Of a DNA stretch of 64,000 nucleotides, positions 24,353-36,529 are shown piece after piece. The stretch spans positions 64,914,001 through 64,978,000 of the forward strand of contig OX597817.1 of the NCBI GenBank assembly GCA_951406725.2. The letters run 5' to 3'. Position 1 is the stretch's first letter. Every line of letters begins with the position of its first letter. A program made the translations under genes and the position numbers. Source of the stretch: Octopus vulgaris. Lineage: Eukaryota. The notes under the pieces are model-generated. The model had not been told where the DNA came from and did not search any database. It worked only from the letters and a program-made list of their open reading frames with translations.

Positions 24353-26036
24353 GAAACGAATTTATTTCATAACACAATATTTATTTGTAATGGAGGAGAA
24401 TGGATCTGTGATACTTATGTCTAGTTCAGAGAGAGAGGAAATGAATGTTCTCACTTTTATGTCTGCCCTATTCTATAGTATTACAATGAAGGTGCAGATA
24501 TTGCTTGATATGCTATAAAGCGTGTTGAAGTTATGCAGTTGTAGTTATGAAGTTATGACAGATTAAAATGTTCAAATTTAGATGTTCTTGTTGCTGTTGT
24601 TATTGTTCTTTAGCATCGGGTCAGCACTAATCTGATGAAAGACAGTCATCCCGTCTTTTTGTATATCTTTGGCTATATTTTACAATGTGTCCTTTCTTTC
24701 TAAGACAGTTGGGTGAGATTTGATCGACATTTGGCTGTTAATTCTTCAGTGACCACTCGTAGACTCCTTTGTTGACTCGGAGTTAAAGAGAGGATGTAGA
24801 AAACAGGAAAAATAATAAGGAAAATAATAAGGAAAAGAAGGAATGAAAAAGAGTTGCGGATTGTTGGTGAATGAAAGGATCCAGTAATGCAAAGGGACGA
24901 ATTCTAAAAGCGTCTCTGAATTTTATTGTTTCAACGTATTATTATGTTGCATATTGTTTGTATGGATATCGAAGAGAAATAACCACATCATAGTTTTCTT
25001 CCCTAGAAACAAATCCTATTGTAGACTCTAACGGAAGAATCTTCTGAAATATCGTGACTACCTTATCAACCAGTGGCATTTGAAACTCTCTGACAAGGAA
25101 GGTTTTTGTCATCTCAGCGAGTTATTTAATGGTACTAGTAACAGTACCTGGTCATTTAAAAATCACAGGCTCGAAACCGACCCCCTTAAATTACCATGAG
25201 AGAACTTTGGGTTACCTTAAAATATATTTTTAGAAAAAGGTAACATCAGATTTCTTGGTGCAATGTAAAATATTAAGAGTGTGCATACCCTTTCAGTTTT
25301 TCACTTATTTATTATTATTTACTTTTACTCCTTTTTACCATTTTTGCTACTTACTTGCAGTTGTAAATTGTTCTTTTTTTTCTCCAAATTAAATAATTGT
25401 TGTTTCTAGCATTTTAAAATAAAATAATAAAAACACTTGATAATAATTTCTAATAGTCCTTGTTCGATCGTATTTCATTTATATGGCAATCAAAGCGAAA
25501 AAATGCACACTTTCAAAGAACGATATCTGACCCGATTCTCACGTCTGAGAGATTTGAAAACGTTTAATTTCACTAAATACCAATTTCTTTTTGTCAGTCG
25601 ATTCGGAAGGATATGGTGTTCAGTATGAATATATTTAGTCACCAACGCCATCATCATTATGACAAGAGTAATGATCATTATTGTTTCATACATTATAACT
25701 GAATTTTCTTTCAAAGCATATCCTACTGCCTTAAAAAAAACAGAAAGGCACATTAGACAAGGTAGTCCTAGATACAATGTATCAAAACTAAAAAAAAAAT
25801 GATGTGATTGTCATGGCTGCCTTGATAAGAGCTGTGTCTGGGACTAAACGATAATAGCAACTATAATAACTCTGTGGTCGTTCGACTTGCCCGAAAAAGT
25901 AGTCAGTTCTCATTCAGATCATAGCCTGCCAACTAAAGGAATGACGCATTGATATATTAAATAGAAAGCTTTTGATCACAGGGCTTCTTAATCAAAGTTG
26001 ACATGAAGTTAAGCAACAACACCTAACGATGACGTA

Positions 26037-26854
26037 CGAGGTGATATCAAAAATTCCCGGACTAGTTCAGTAGCACACCAACTGATGGCAGCACACGGTT
26101 GCGTGCACAGTGAGAGCTAGCAGTGACATTCATGAGGTAGTGTGCCGAGTGACATCGCAAGTTGTGAAATTTGTGTTTTTCGGATCACGTGATTGCTGTA
26201 GTCTGCGATTATTGTTATAGACAGGAAGATGGAACAAAAAGTCAACACGAAATTTCGCCTTAAACTTTTGAAGTCTGCTACAAAGACATTGAGTAAGCTT
26301 TGGAAAGCTTACGGCAACGAGGTAATGGGTCGCACGCAATGTTTCGAGTGGCACAGGCGCTTCAAAAGCAGAATAACATCCCGCATCGTTTTTTTTCGAC
26401 ATCCGCGGTATTGTACATCGAGAATTCGTCCCACAGGACCAGACTGTAATTCGAGAGTTCTACTACGACGTTTTGAAGGATCTGAGGGAGGACATTCGGC
26501 GAAAGCGACCCGATTTGTGGAGTGCGAACAAGTGGATTCTTCACGACGACAATGCATCCTGTCACCGAGCTCTCCTCAGTCGTGAGTTTCTCGCCAGAAA
26601 CAACATGGGGTCGCGTCTGCACACACCCTATTCGCCAGATGTAGCACCTACGGACTTCCATCTCTTCTCCAAGATGGAAATGCGGCTCAGAAGTCGCCGT
26701 TTTAACACCGTTATCGAAATCCAGAACGAATCGCAGAAGGTACACGACTCGCTTACGGAAAACACTTTCAGGCCGGATTCCAAAAGTGGCAGGTAAATAA
26801 GTGATTTTTTTTTATTAAACGTAACTAGTCTGAGAACCTTTTGACACCACCTCG
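26037..26854 (+). mobile_element. Mariner (DD34D) internally deleted copy
   Basis: TIRs cgaggtgatatcaaaaattcccggactagtt / (rc) cgaggtggtgtcaaaaggttctcagactagtt, with TA on the left flank. An N-terminal HTH (MEQKVNTKF..QCFEWHRRFK) is joined to the catalytic half (WILHDDNA..H; PYSPDVAPTDFHLF). Confidence 0.95.
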
Positions 26855-27035
26855 TGTCAATACTTTTATACTAACAACACATTTTAACCAACAATTTAAG
26901 ATGGAACTGAGTTTAATTTTCAAATTGCTCTATAGAAGTATGTGTGTGTGTGTGTGTGTGTGTGTGAGAGTGTTTGTGTATACATAGATACATAGATACA
27001 TACACACACGCACACACACGCACACACACACACAC

Positions 27036-27125
<90 letters not shown>

Positions 27126-27426
27126 GAGAGGTATTGGTATCAAGAAAACCCAAGATGGCAGGTAAGGCTATGGAAGTGCTATTGGAAGACCATACTTAGA
27201 CTCTTGGTTCGATAATAATGCGGGAATCTACATACTATAGGAAAGAAGCATTTCCACCCATTCTACGCGGCACTTTCCTTGGATAATAGAGCTGCAACTA
27301 TAACATCCCGCATATATTTTTATTTTCATTTTTTCCCTCTTATTTCCCTTTATACTTCCTATATCTATCCTTTTCCAAAATAACTCCTTATATTGAACTC
27401 TACTACCCTCTAGTTAACTCTCTCAT

Positions 27427-27480
27427 GTCGTATCTGATGAAGTGATATCCCTAATATCCCAGAAACAGCTGTAAGACTAC
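27427..27480 (+). ncRNA. Type I hammerhead ribozyme motif in a PLE pseudo-LTR-like segment
   Basis: gtcgtat-CTGATGA-A-GTGATAT cccta ATATCCC-A-GAAA-CAGCTG-TA-agactac. Stem III is palindromic (ACAGCTGT). Stem I matches at 5 of 7 positions. Confidence 0.8.
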
Positions 27481-27533
27481 GTTTCTCTTTATAAATGTCC
27501 TATAAACTCCACACAACCTTAGCTTTGTTGTCT

Positions 27534-27592
<59 letters not shown>

Positions 27593-27899
27593 GGATGCCT
27601 TATTAAGAAATCGCTATTTAACTCAGTCACAAAATGGAAATTAGTTATAATGGCTTGACTTATTTGTACACCGAGCGTTTGTCAGAGGTGTGATTAAATA
27701 AAATATCAATATTTCTGCTCAATACAGCATGTATTAGAAAATGCAAGATAAATTTAAGATCTTCAGTTTTAAGTCATTCGCTATACAACTTCAAGAAGAC
27801 GTGGTAATATCTTGTAATTTTGTTCGTGACAAATAAAGGAGGCTGCTCTGATATGTTTTCACATCTATTTAAAGTATTTTATGTTGGAATGCAGCACCA

Positions 27900-28560
27900 G
27901 GTAGCTCGGTTAAGACGGAAGCGAGCAATGTTTCATGGCATGAGCTCTGAAGTGAGGAGCTCCATCGGATAAAATTCCTTTGGAGGCGCCTTGGAACAAC
28001 GAACAAAACCGTACATTTGTCAAGGCTGGTGTGAAGATGACACCAGCTATCAGGTTCATCTCCCCAGGCCTACAAGTAAATGGGAGCTGAGGGACGACTC
28101 GCGGAAAGAACCGACGCTCCCAGAAAATGTCGCCTTAAAATTGATAAGGCCTGACATGGTGCTGATCTCAGAAACCTCCGTGCAGATGTCTCGTTTCCCT
28201 AGGGTATCTTACTGACAAAGAAAATGAGAAGTAGAGAATGGAATATGCTCAGCTGGTGGAGCTACGTCGAAGCAATGGGTGGCAAGCAAGGTGATTTCAT
28301 TGAAGCAGCCTACAGATGGTTTGCAGGTCAGTCCTTCTGTCGTGCCACCCGGTTGATTATAGAAGCGATACAGGTTACGTCAAGGTGCATGTAGAACAAG
28401 AGTTGCGAGCCTTGGAACTTAATGGTGCTACTTGGACCATGTTATCTGGGGTAGTGCTTATTGGACACAAACAGGGTCTTGATGAACCACGACTCGGTTG
28501 CCTGGGTAAAGATGTCTGACTTTTGAAAGATTCGGCACGCCCAATGTCCCAGAAAACAGA
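27900..28560 (+). mobile_element. Hero-like RLE non-LTR element, 3' remnant
   Basis: WHEL*SEELHRIKFL; LIRPDMVLISET (PD motif of RLE); GWQAR..IEAAYRWFAGQS, which resembles IEVGCRGFAGQS. Confidence 0.75.
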
Positions 28561-28699
28561 TGTCCAGATGTATATCAAAATGAAGTATACAAAAACTTTT
28601 ATTTGGAATAAGCAGTGGCTACCAGTAAGAGTCTGGGAGACTACCAAGAACAGAATTGTGACAACTGGAGAGACAGCAAACGGCTCAGAGAGACGGCAA

Positions 28700-30225
28700 C
28701 AAGCCAGTGAGGATTATCATCCCAATCTACATCTCCTGAAAGGAAGAACCCAGAACAAACTACAGATAAACACAAGAAGGGATATTCCCTGGGATCTTCT
28801 GCTGTGGTGAGAATGAGAATTATAATGAAACAGGTCAGCTGGTAACGACTTATGTCAATGGAAGTTGAACAATAGACACAGAATGTATTTGTGGGACGGT
28901 TTACCAGAGTCAGCATGGCATGAAGATCCACCAGGTCAAGATGAAATGTGTGGAGATAGTACAAGTGCCATAGCGCAAAGGAACCAACTCTGGTGAGGCG
29001 CAAGTGGATCCAAACTCCGAGTCTATAGTTCCTGGAACCTTCTAGTAATACAAACCCCAGACCTAGGCAGAATAACAGAACACCACCTGGTAAAGAAGCC
29101 TCAAGTTAACATGGAGTTGTAGTAGCGTCAGTTTGATAGAGGTATTGATTACATCTCGGAAGCAACAGCTAAAGATGATGGTGATTGCCGTCTCCAGACA
29201 ATGCCCGCCTCTAGCATCAGTTCAGTGGCTGAGAGGTTCGGATTGGAAGAGAAGAAAACAACGAGGTTTACCTATGCTACAAGTAAGAGCCAGTAAACTC
29301 AATCAAATCACACCGGAACTTGAGAGTTTGAGGTAGCAGTTTAAAAAAGCAAGTGACGAGGTGAGGGAACTTCTAATAGAGTTATGGAGTATTCCCTGCA
29401 AGGAGTTCGTGACATTGAGGAGGGTAGAGCGGCAAAGGAGATAGTTAAAGGAGAGTGCTAGGAAGCAAGATGCCTTTCAAGCAAACCTATGGATTTACAA
29501 AATAGCTGGTGGGACGGAAGCGCAGTAGCCATCTCACCTATTACAAAGGTGAGATTGAGATTCAGCTCAAAGCTATCTTCAGTGATGACGCCAGGGGTCA
29601 AGATCTAGGACAATGCTGGTCCTTGGTCAGTTCATATACACCAGCTCTGGAATTTGATGGAAAGGAACCCAGCTGGAAGGAGATCCAGGAGATGATCAAG
29701 AAGGCAAGACCAGGCTGAACCCTAGGATGTGAGTGGGGTACCTTATAAGGTGTACAAGGACTGTTTAAGCGTGCGTGACAAGTTCTGGAATATCATGTAG
29801 ATGAGTTGTATGAGAAGCCAGGTAGTTCAGCAATGGAGCTGTACAAACGGGATGTAGATTCCAAAGGAAAAAAAGAGTCAAAGATTATCAGTCAGTTTAG
29901 AATAATCTCGCTGTTTAGCATTGTGGGGCGGGTATTCTTCAGTATTATTGCTAGGCGCCTGACAGACTACCACTTGAGCAAATCCTTCGTTGATAACTCA
30001 GTTCAGAAAGAGTTATCCCATAGGTATATTAGGGTGTCTGGAGAGCTTGGGTGTGGTCATCTAGTTGATTAGGGAAGACTGGCAGTGTTGTGAGTTCCAT
30101 ATTCCTATAAGCTGGCTGAAAAGGTTTTGAAGAGGCCCCATGTCCCAGACAGATTCACAGATTTCATTTATGACTATTACAACAGCTACAGCCTGAGAGT
30201 TTTTGTGCTTCTATAACATCAGAAT
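28700..30225 (+). mobile_element. Hero-like non-LTR element, 5' and RT remnant
   Basis: Zinc-finger-like CGTVYQSQHGMKIHQVKMKC; FDGKEPSWKEIQEMIKKAR; RT start ISQFRIISLFSIVGRVFFSIIARRLTDY..VDNSVQK. Many stops and frameshifts. Confidence 0.82.
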
Positions 30226-30285
<60 letters not shown>

Positions 30286-30319
30286 TATATATATATATAT
30301 ACACATGTATATATGTATC

Positions 30320-30476
30320 TATGCGACGGGCTTCTTTCAGTTTCTGTCTACCAAATCCATTTACCAGGCTTTGGTCGATCTGAGGTTATAGTAGAAGACA
30401 CTTGCCCAAGGTGACGCGCAGTGAGATTGAACCAATAATTATGTGGTTGGGAAGCAAACCTCTTATCACACAGCTG
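30320..30476 (-). mobile_element. SINE family B head fragment
   Basis: gacgggcttctttcagtttctgtctaccaaatcc..gaagacacttgcccaaggtg..ggttgggaagcaa. Confidence 0.85.
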
Positions 30477-30713
30477 CTAAATATATTTAATCTATGTCAT
30501 ATGATAGAAAATAAGTTGTGAAGAAAACAACCAAAAGGGCCAACGGCGATTACTGTTTTGGGAAGATCTATTTATATATTATTGACATAATAAAACACGC
30601 GAGATACAATAAAATATATATATTTTTATGTTTATTTCACGGATATCTTACAAAAAATAGTCTCTAAAAATAAATACAATATATGGTAAGAATGTATACA
30701 TTTAACCTACTAG

Positions 30714-30786
<73 letters not shown>

Positions 30787-30879
30787 CACATTCTCTCTCT
30801 CCCTACTCCCCCATCAAATTTTGGGATGATATCTTAAGCAATTGGTTGATAGTCAGATATGTGGATATATTATGCTGTC

Positions 30880-31396
30880 AGATAAATTCATTCCTCTTTT
30901 ACCCATTTACTTCAATCCTTGTTTTTCAGCCAATAATATATTCTTTTTCATTTCTACTAGCTGGTCAATGCCTTGATGATAGAAACTACCGAATCTTGAC
31001 TTCAAGATTTCATCGAAGCACGTTTTCAACTTCGAGTCGTTGTTGAACGAAGCCTCTTGCAAACTAATAATAATCTGAAGGCGTTATATCGGGAGAATAC
31101 GATGGGTGCAGTAGAACGTTCCAACCGAGGTCTTGAATAGCATTTCTGGTCAAATTAGCGACGTGAAGACTGGAGTTTGTCTCTTTTGTTCAGAACCTTT
31201 GTAATCTATGCACCGAGTTGTTGGACATTACCCACCTAGTGAAGTGTCTTTGGACCTTATCCATCGAGACGACGGTATCATGGGAACATCCCCTCTGCTG
31301 GGCAGATTCCCTAGAGGATTGGTGCGGGTCCTCATACAAATATGATATATGGCAGGAATTTTTTGCATTTAACCAATTATGAAACATACGCGCGCG

Positions 31397-31429
<33 letters not shown>

Positions 31430-31867
31430 TCTCTCTCTCTCTCTCTCTCTCTCTCTAACTCTCTCCTCTCTCTTCCCCTTTATCTCATTTATACACATAA
31501 ATTTTGGGTTGCTATCTTAAACAATTAGTTGATAGTCTGATATGTGTATATATTCGTTTCTTTTCCCTTGTTATTTTAACCTTTGTTTTCGATCAACAAT
31601 TTTAATAGGTCACTCAATATATATATAATATATAATAATATATAATAATAATATATGCTTTTATTCTTTTATTTGTTTCAGTCATTTGACTGTGGCCATG
31701 CTGGAGTACTGCCTTTAGTCGAACACAAATCGACTCCCGGACTTATTCTTTGTAAACCTAGTACTTATTCTATCGGTTACTTTTACCGAACCACTAGTTA
31801 CGGGGACGTAAAAACACCATCATCGGTTGTCAAGCGATGGTGGGGGTCAAACACAGACACACAAACA

Positions 31868-31933
<66 letters not shown>

Positions 31934-32124
31934 AACACACGCACACACACACACATATATGACGGGCTTCTTTCAGTTTCCGTTGACCAAATCCACTCAC
32001 AAGGCTTTGGTCGGCCCGAGGCTTTAGTAGAAGACACTTGTCCATGGTGCCACGCAATGGGACTGAACTCGGAACCTTGTGGTTGGGAAGCAAGCTTCCT
32101 ACCACACAGCCATACCTGCGCCTG

Positions 32125-32175
<51 letters not shown>

Positions 32176-32187
32176 GTAGTAGTAGTA

Positions 32188-32221
<34 letters not shown>

Positions 32222-32223
32222 TG

Positions 32224-32279
<56 letters not shown>

Positions 32280-32640
32280 TTTATATATATATATATATAC
32301 ACATACATATATATAATAATAATATTTAATAAAAATATACATATAACGTATAACATTTAATAATCCCCTAGGGGATTGGTGCGACTCGTTCAATCGATCA
32401 TCACTGAACTGAACTGAACTGGTCAGTCGGAACACGGAAAGTCTGTGAAGTTGAATTTCCCTTCTTTGAAGCGTGAAAACCATTTCTGTGCAATTCTTTC
32501 AGTAATAACGCCTTCTCTGGACACAGCTCGAATGTCTGTAGCGACTTTGGGAGCATTGGAACTTGATTAAGGGTAAAGTGTAGCGGGTGTCAAAAATATC
32601 CATGTTTGTTTTACTTGGCATCATATGTCTGAAAATAGAA
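30880..32640 (-). mobile_element. Fragmented mariner interrupted by a SINE and microsatellites
   Basis: 32365-32600 gives EGVITERIAQKWFSRFKEG (HTH). About 31200-31330 gives HQSSRESAQQRGCSHDTV. About 31050-31125 gives WNVLLHPSYSPDITPSDYY. Confidence 0.8.
31657..32123 (-). mobile_element. Near full-length tRNA-derived SINE, family B, with internal (TG)n
   Basis: The minus strand has head ggtaggaagcttgcttcccaaccac..gagttcagtccc, CORE-like gcaccatggacaagtgtctt, an internal microsatellite, and tail ctccagcatggccacagtcaaatgactgaaacaaataaaag. Homologs lie at 58530-58900 and 62530-62835. Confidence 0.92.
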
Positions 32641-32678
32641 AAAAATTATTTCCAAAACGATAAGTAAAAGCTGTAGAT

Positions 32679-33071
32679 CAGAGACTCCCAACGTGGACGG
32701 TACTGCCCCAAGGGACACTGGGCGTGTCAGAGGGGGAATTAGGCTTTAGGGTGTGTGAGGGGATGGTGAGGTAAGAAAATTAACTTATTAAATTTTACCA
32801 ATAGTAGTAATTATATTGTACCTGATAACACTAGAAATGGTTATTAAAATAAGATAAGATTTCATCAGACACAGAGAAGTCATTAACTTTCATTTATAGA
32901 GTAAAATTTATAAATTATCATCCATGTTAAATTAGTTTAGTCGTGGTACCTTACTCACTAGTTAGGTGGGCTTAAGCACAACTATTTAAAAGGGAAATGC
33001 TACAAAAAAAACAAAACAAAAAAAAAACAAAACAAAAAAAAAAAAGACAAAGAAAAATTTAAGAACAACTG
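32679..33071. mobile_element. hAT/Charlie-like MITE
   Basis: Left cagagactcccaacgtgg and right (rc) cagttgttcttaaatttt resemble CAGTGxTTCCCAA-type TIRs. A related left end lies at 63312. Confidence 0.45.
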
Positions 33072-33738
33072 CTGCAGAGGAAGAATAGTGCTACAACCCC
33101 CACCCCACAAAATCCATAAAACGTTACGATAAAAATAATTTTGCTGTTAATTCAAATAACATTGGAACGAAACGGACGAATTTATTTGTTAACCCAACAT
33201 AGAAATAATCCTTGAAAAAAATATAGGAGTAAATCAAAATTACAGTTGCTTTAAATATTTCGATGGAAAGAACTAAAATATCTACGATACTTAATAAGAT
33301 GGCCTATAATTATATACAAACGGTATTGTTGCTACGTCTAGAAGTTGTTTTTCTTGAAAATATTTTATGGTCTGTACTGTTAGAATCTACAGCAAGCAAC
33401 GTAACTTAACAATATATATATATCAATAAAAATTAGATCTATGGGAAGTCAATGTAATGTTGGCCATAACATATAAAAGTTCATATTATAAAGTACAAAT
33501 TGTGTTTAGAGGAGAATTTCTATATAAAAGTTTAGATATATAAGCATGTATTCTTTTAAAAAGAGAGCCCGTTTATAATTCAGTATACATAAGTAGAATA
33601 ATATCTTCAGACTGACGTGCATAGTCATAATCAGTTGTCAAAATGAACGTGCATATTATAAAAGTCCCAGGACTACATGCTGAAGGATTGGTGTAGTTCA
33701 CGAATCTCGTGAACCCTAGAGTACTGAGCGAGTTTTGC

Positions 33739-33805
<67 letters not shown>

Positions 33806-33806
<1 letters not shown>

Positions 33807-34696
33807 TCATGCTGACTAGACAGACTATTTGTACCAAGAAAAAGAGGGGGAAGAGGACTTGTTGGATGCGAACACAGCATAATAGCAGAAGAAAACAACA
33901 TATCATGGTATGTAAAAAATGCCACAGAACCACTATTATTGTAAGTAAGAAGGTCAGGTGTGTTTAGGATGGAATATTGTAAAGATAAAGCACTATACAA
34001 GCGCTTGAGAATGAATGAAACTGAAAAGAAAAGACTGCATGGACAATTTCTTAGGGATGTTGAAGATAAGACAGACAGAGAAAAAAGATGGCTATGGATG
34101 ACTAAAAGTGATTTAAAACCGGAAACGGAGGCTCTAATGTGTGCTGCCCAAGAGCAAGCACTAAGAACGAATTACATCAAATACAGAACAGACAACACAC
34201 CAGAAAGTGATAAGTGCAGAATCTGTGGACAAAATGGTGAAACCGTACGACATGTTACCAGTCAATGTACGCCACTAGCCCAGAAAGAATATAAGAGACG
34301 TCATGACAATATAGCAAGGATTGTCCATTGGACACTTTGCAGCAAGTATGGACTTGACAGCAAAAAAGTGGTTCAAAAATATAAACTCGAAGGCCGACCA
34401 TAAGATAGAGTATAGGAAACCAGACATAGTGCTAATTGAGAAAGAAAGCAAACGATACTGGATCATAGATATAGCATGCCCAGCTGACAACAAGGTATAC
34501 GATAAGGAAGAAAGAAAAGTCGATAGATATGACAGGTTAGCGTGAGAGGTTAAGTAGTTGTGGTCAATGAAAAAGGTAGTAGTAGTACCAATAATTGTCG
34601 GAGCCCTGGGAACAGTGAATAAAAATCTTGAGAAGTAGATGGAACAAATAGGCGCTGCAATAAGGAACACTTGCAGAAAACAGCACTGCTTGGAAC
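33806..34696 (+). mobile_element. Dong/R4-like non-LTR element fragment directly after (TAA)n
   Basis: DRLFVPRKRGGRGL; LHGQFLR..LKPETEALMCAAQEQALRTN; CRICGQNGETVRHVTSQC; RRHD; RKPDIVLIEK..IIDIACP. Same family as 23842-24351. Confidence 0.95.
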
Positions 34697-34879
34697 AAAA
34701 ACAAAGAAACAAAAAATTCAAACAAGAAATAATTCTGTAAAAGGGAGAGACCTCAGACGGCTATTCGTGGAAACCCCAACAAAACTACTGTAACTCTTAC
34801 CACTAGGACAATCATCCTCTCCTTATTCTCATATCTCATATCTCATTTTATAGGTGCATACACAGAGCAAATCCCTTCA

Positions 34880-35190
34880 CTAGGACCATCCTTACCGCCC
34901 TCATCCATATTTTAATAAATTGCTTGGCGGCAGTAGTTTCCTCTCCAACCTCGATTTCCTTTTAAAGTGAAACTTGAAAATACTGGTGGGAGTCAGGTCA
35001 CAGAGGAAGATGTCTGTCTTCAGTCCTTTCAGTCTTGCCCACTGTGCAACCACTTTCGCCAAAGCCATCAGACAGATGAAGACTGCTTGGCCAAAAGGAA
35101 GGCTGCAGAACAGTCTTCACAATGGATTCAGCTGATAGCCTGATCTGTCCTACATGTAACAGCTGGTGTTCGACATGATTCCACAAGCCA
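34880..35190 (-). mobile_element. Homolog of 1-290 (probable L1/Tx1-like 3' remnant)
   Basis: Shared sequence with 1-290. The minus strand reads IFKFHFKRKSRLERKLL. Confidence 0.5.
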
Positions 35191-35199
35191 GTGTGTGCA

Positions 35200-35420
35200 G
35201 AAGAGTTTAGTTGGCCGACTGGTGTGTGATCCGTCCTTGAGGTCCAAAATCCCATTTTTGAAGCGCGAAAGCCAACGTCGGGTGGTGCTTTGAGATATTA
35301 CTCCTTCTCCATACACAGCACAAATCTAACGAGCATCTTCGTTGGGATTAACACTTCGATTAAATGCAAAAAGCAAATGGCAAGTTTTCGCCAGCTCACC
35401 ATGATAATAACAGCAATGAA
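35200..35420 (-). mobile_element. Mariner transposase N-terminal HTH remnant
   Basis: ICAVYGEGVISQSTTRRWLSRFKNGILDLKDGSHTSRP, a Mos1-type HTH. Confidence 0.8.
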
Positions 35421-35869
35421 CAACCCCATATGAAACAAAACAAAGTTAGATCGGAAAACATTAGTACACATTACACATATACTGCACAGAATTCTTCACA
35501 AAAATTGATGATTTATGATGAAAACAATATTCATAATTCAGTACAACGCTAAAATAAACACACAAACAATACAGCTGTTACAAACAAAAACAAAATGACT
35601 GATGATATGTAAATCAGAAAGTTCATAATTGAAATCCAGGCGGCAACATTTACATCAATCATGCTGTATAAGAAGTAGTGACATACGCGAACAGCATTCC
35701 ATTTTGACAGTTAAATTATTTAGGTTAAGAAACGTAGATTATAGATTCAGGAACTTTACTATTACAAACAAACTGCAAAGAATTTACACAAAAATATGAA
35801 ACAAACAAAAACCCATGCTTAAAAAGGTAAAATAGACCACAGCCATGCATTTATGCATTCAATACAACA

Positions 35870-35950
<81 letters not shown>

Positions 35951-36121
35951 CGCCTGTCTGTAGCTAGCTAGATAGATAGATAGATAAGAATACAGTGTAC
36001 ATTCAAACACATAAGAGATACCCCCCCCCAAATGGGATATCTGACTCACTAGAAAGAGCAGTTAAACTTCAAGCCACTAATTGTTGTAATTCTGAAAGTG
36101 AATGAAAAATAAAATAAACCT

Positions 36122-36199
<78 letters not shown>

Positions 36200-36529
36200 T
36201 CTATCTGTCTGTCTGGCTGTCTGTCTATCTGTCAATCAGAAGTTTTGAAATCCCGATCACATTGCATGAGCAGCTCAGATACTCGCGACACTCAGAGTAG
36301 TAACAGAACAATGTCAACGCTACAATATATAATTACACTCTACTTCTGTATAAGCCCGGTTTCACCCGGTCGGTTTCGATGATGTGACTATAAAACTTGC
36401 TCTATGTAAGCATTAGATTTGTTTGGGCACCCTTACGTTAAAAATACAATTTTAGAATGACTTTTTTCTGTCAAGACGCTAAAAATAACTGACCCCCCTC
36501 CAAAAAACAAACACAAAACAACAACCAAG

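Noticed and set aside
36340-36372. Helitron 3' end (cccggtttcacccgg hairpin)
   Set aside because: There is no CTAG terminus at the expected spacing, and the adjacent coding remnant is Penelope RT/GIY-YIG rather than helicase.
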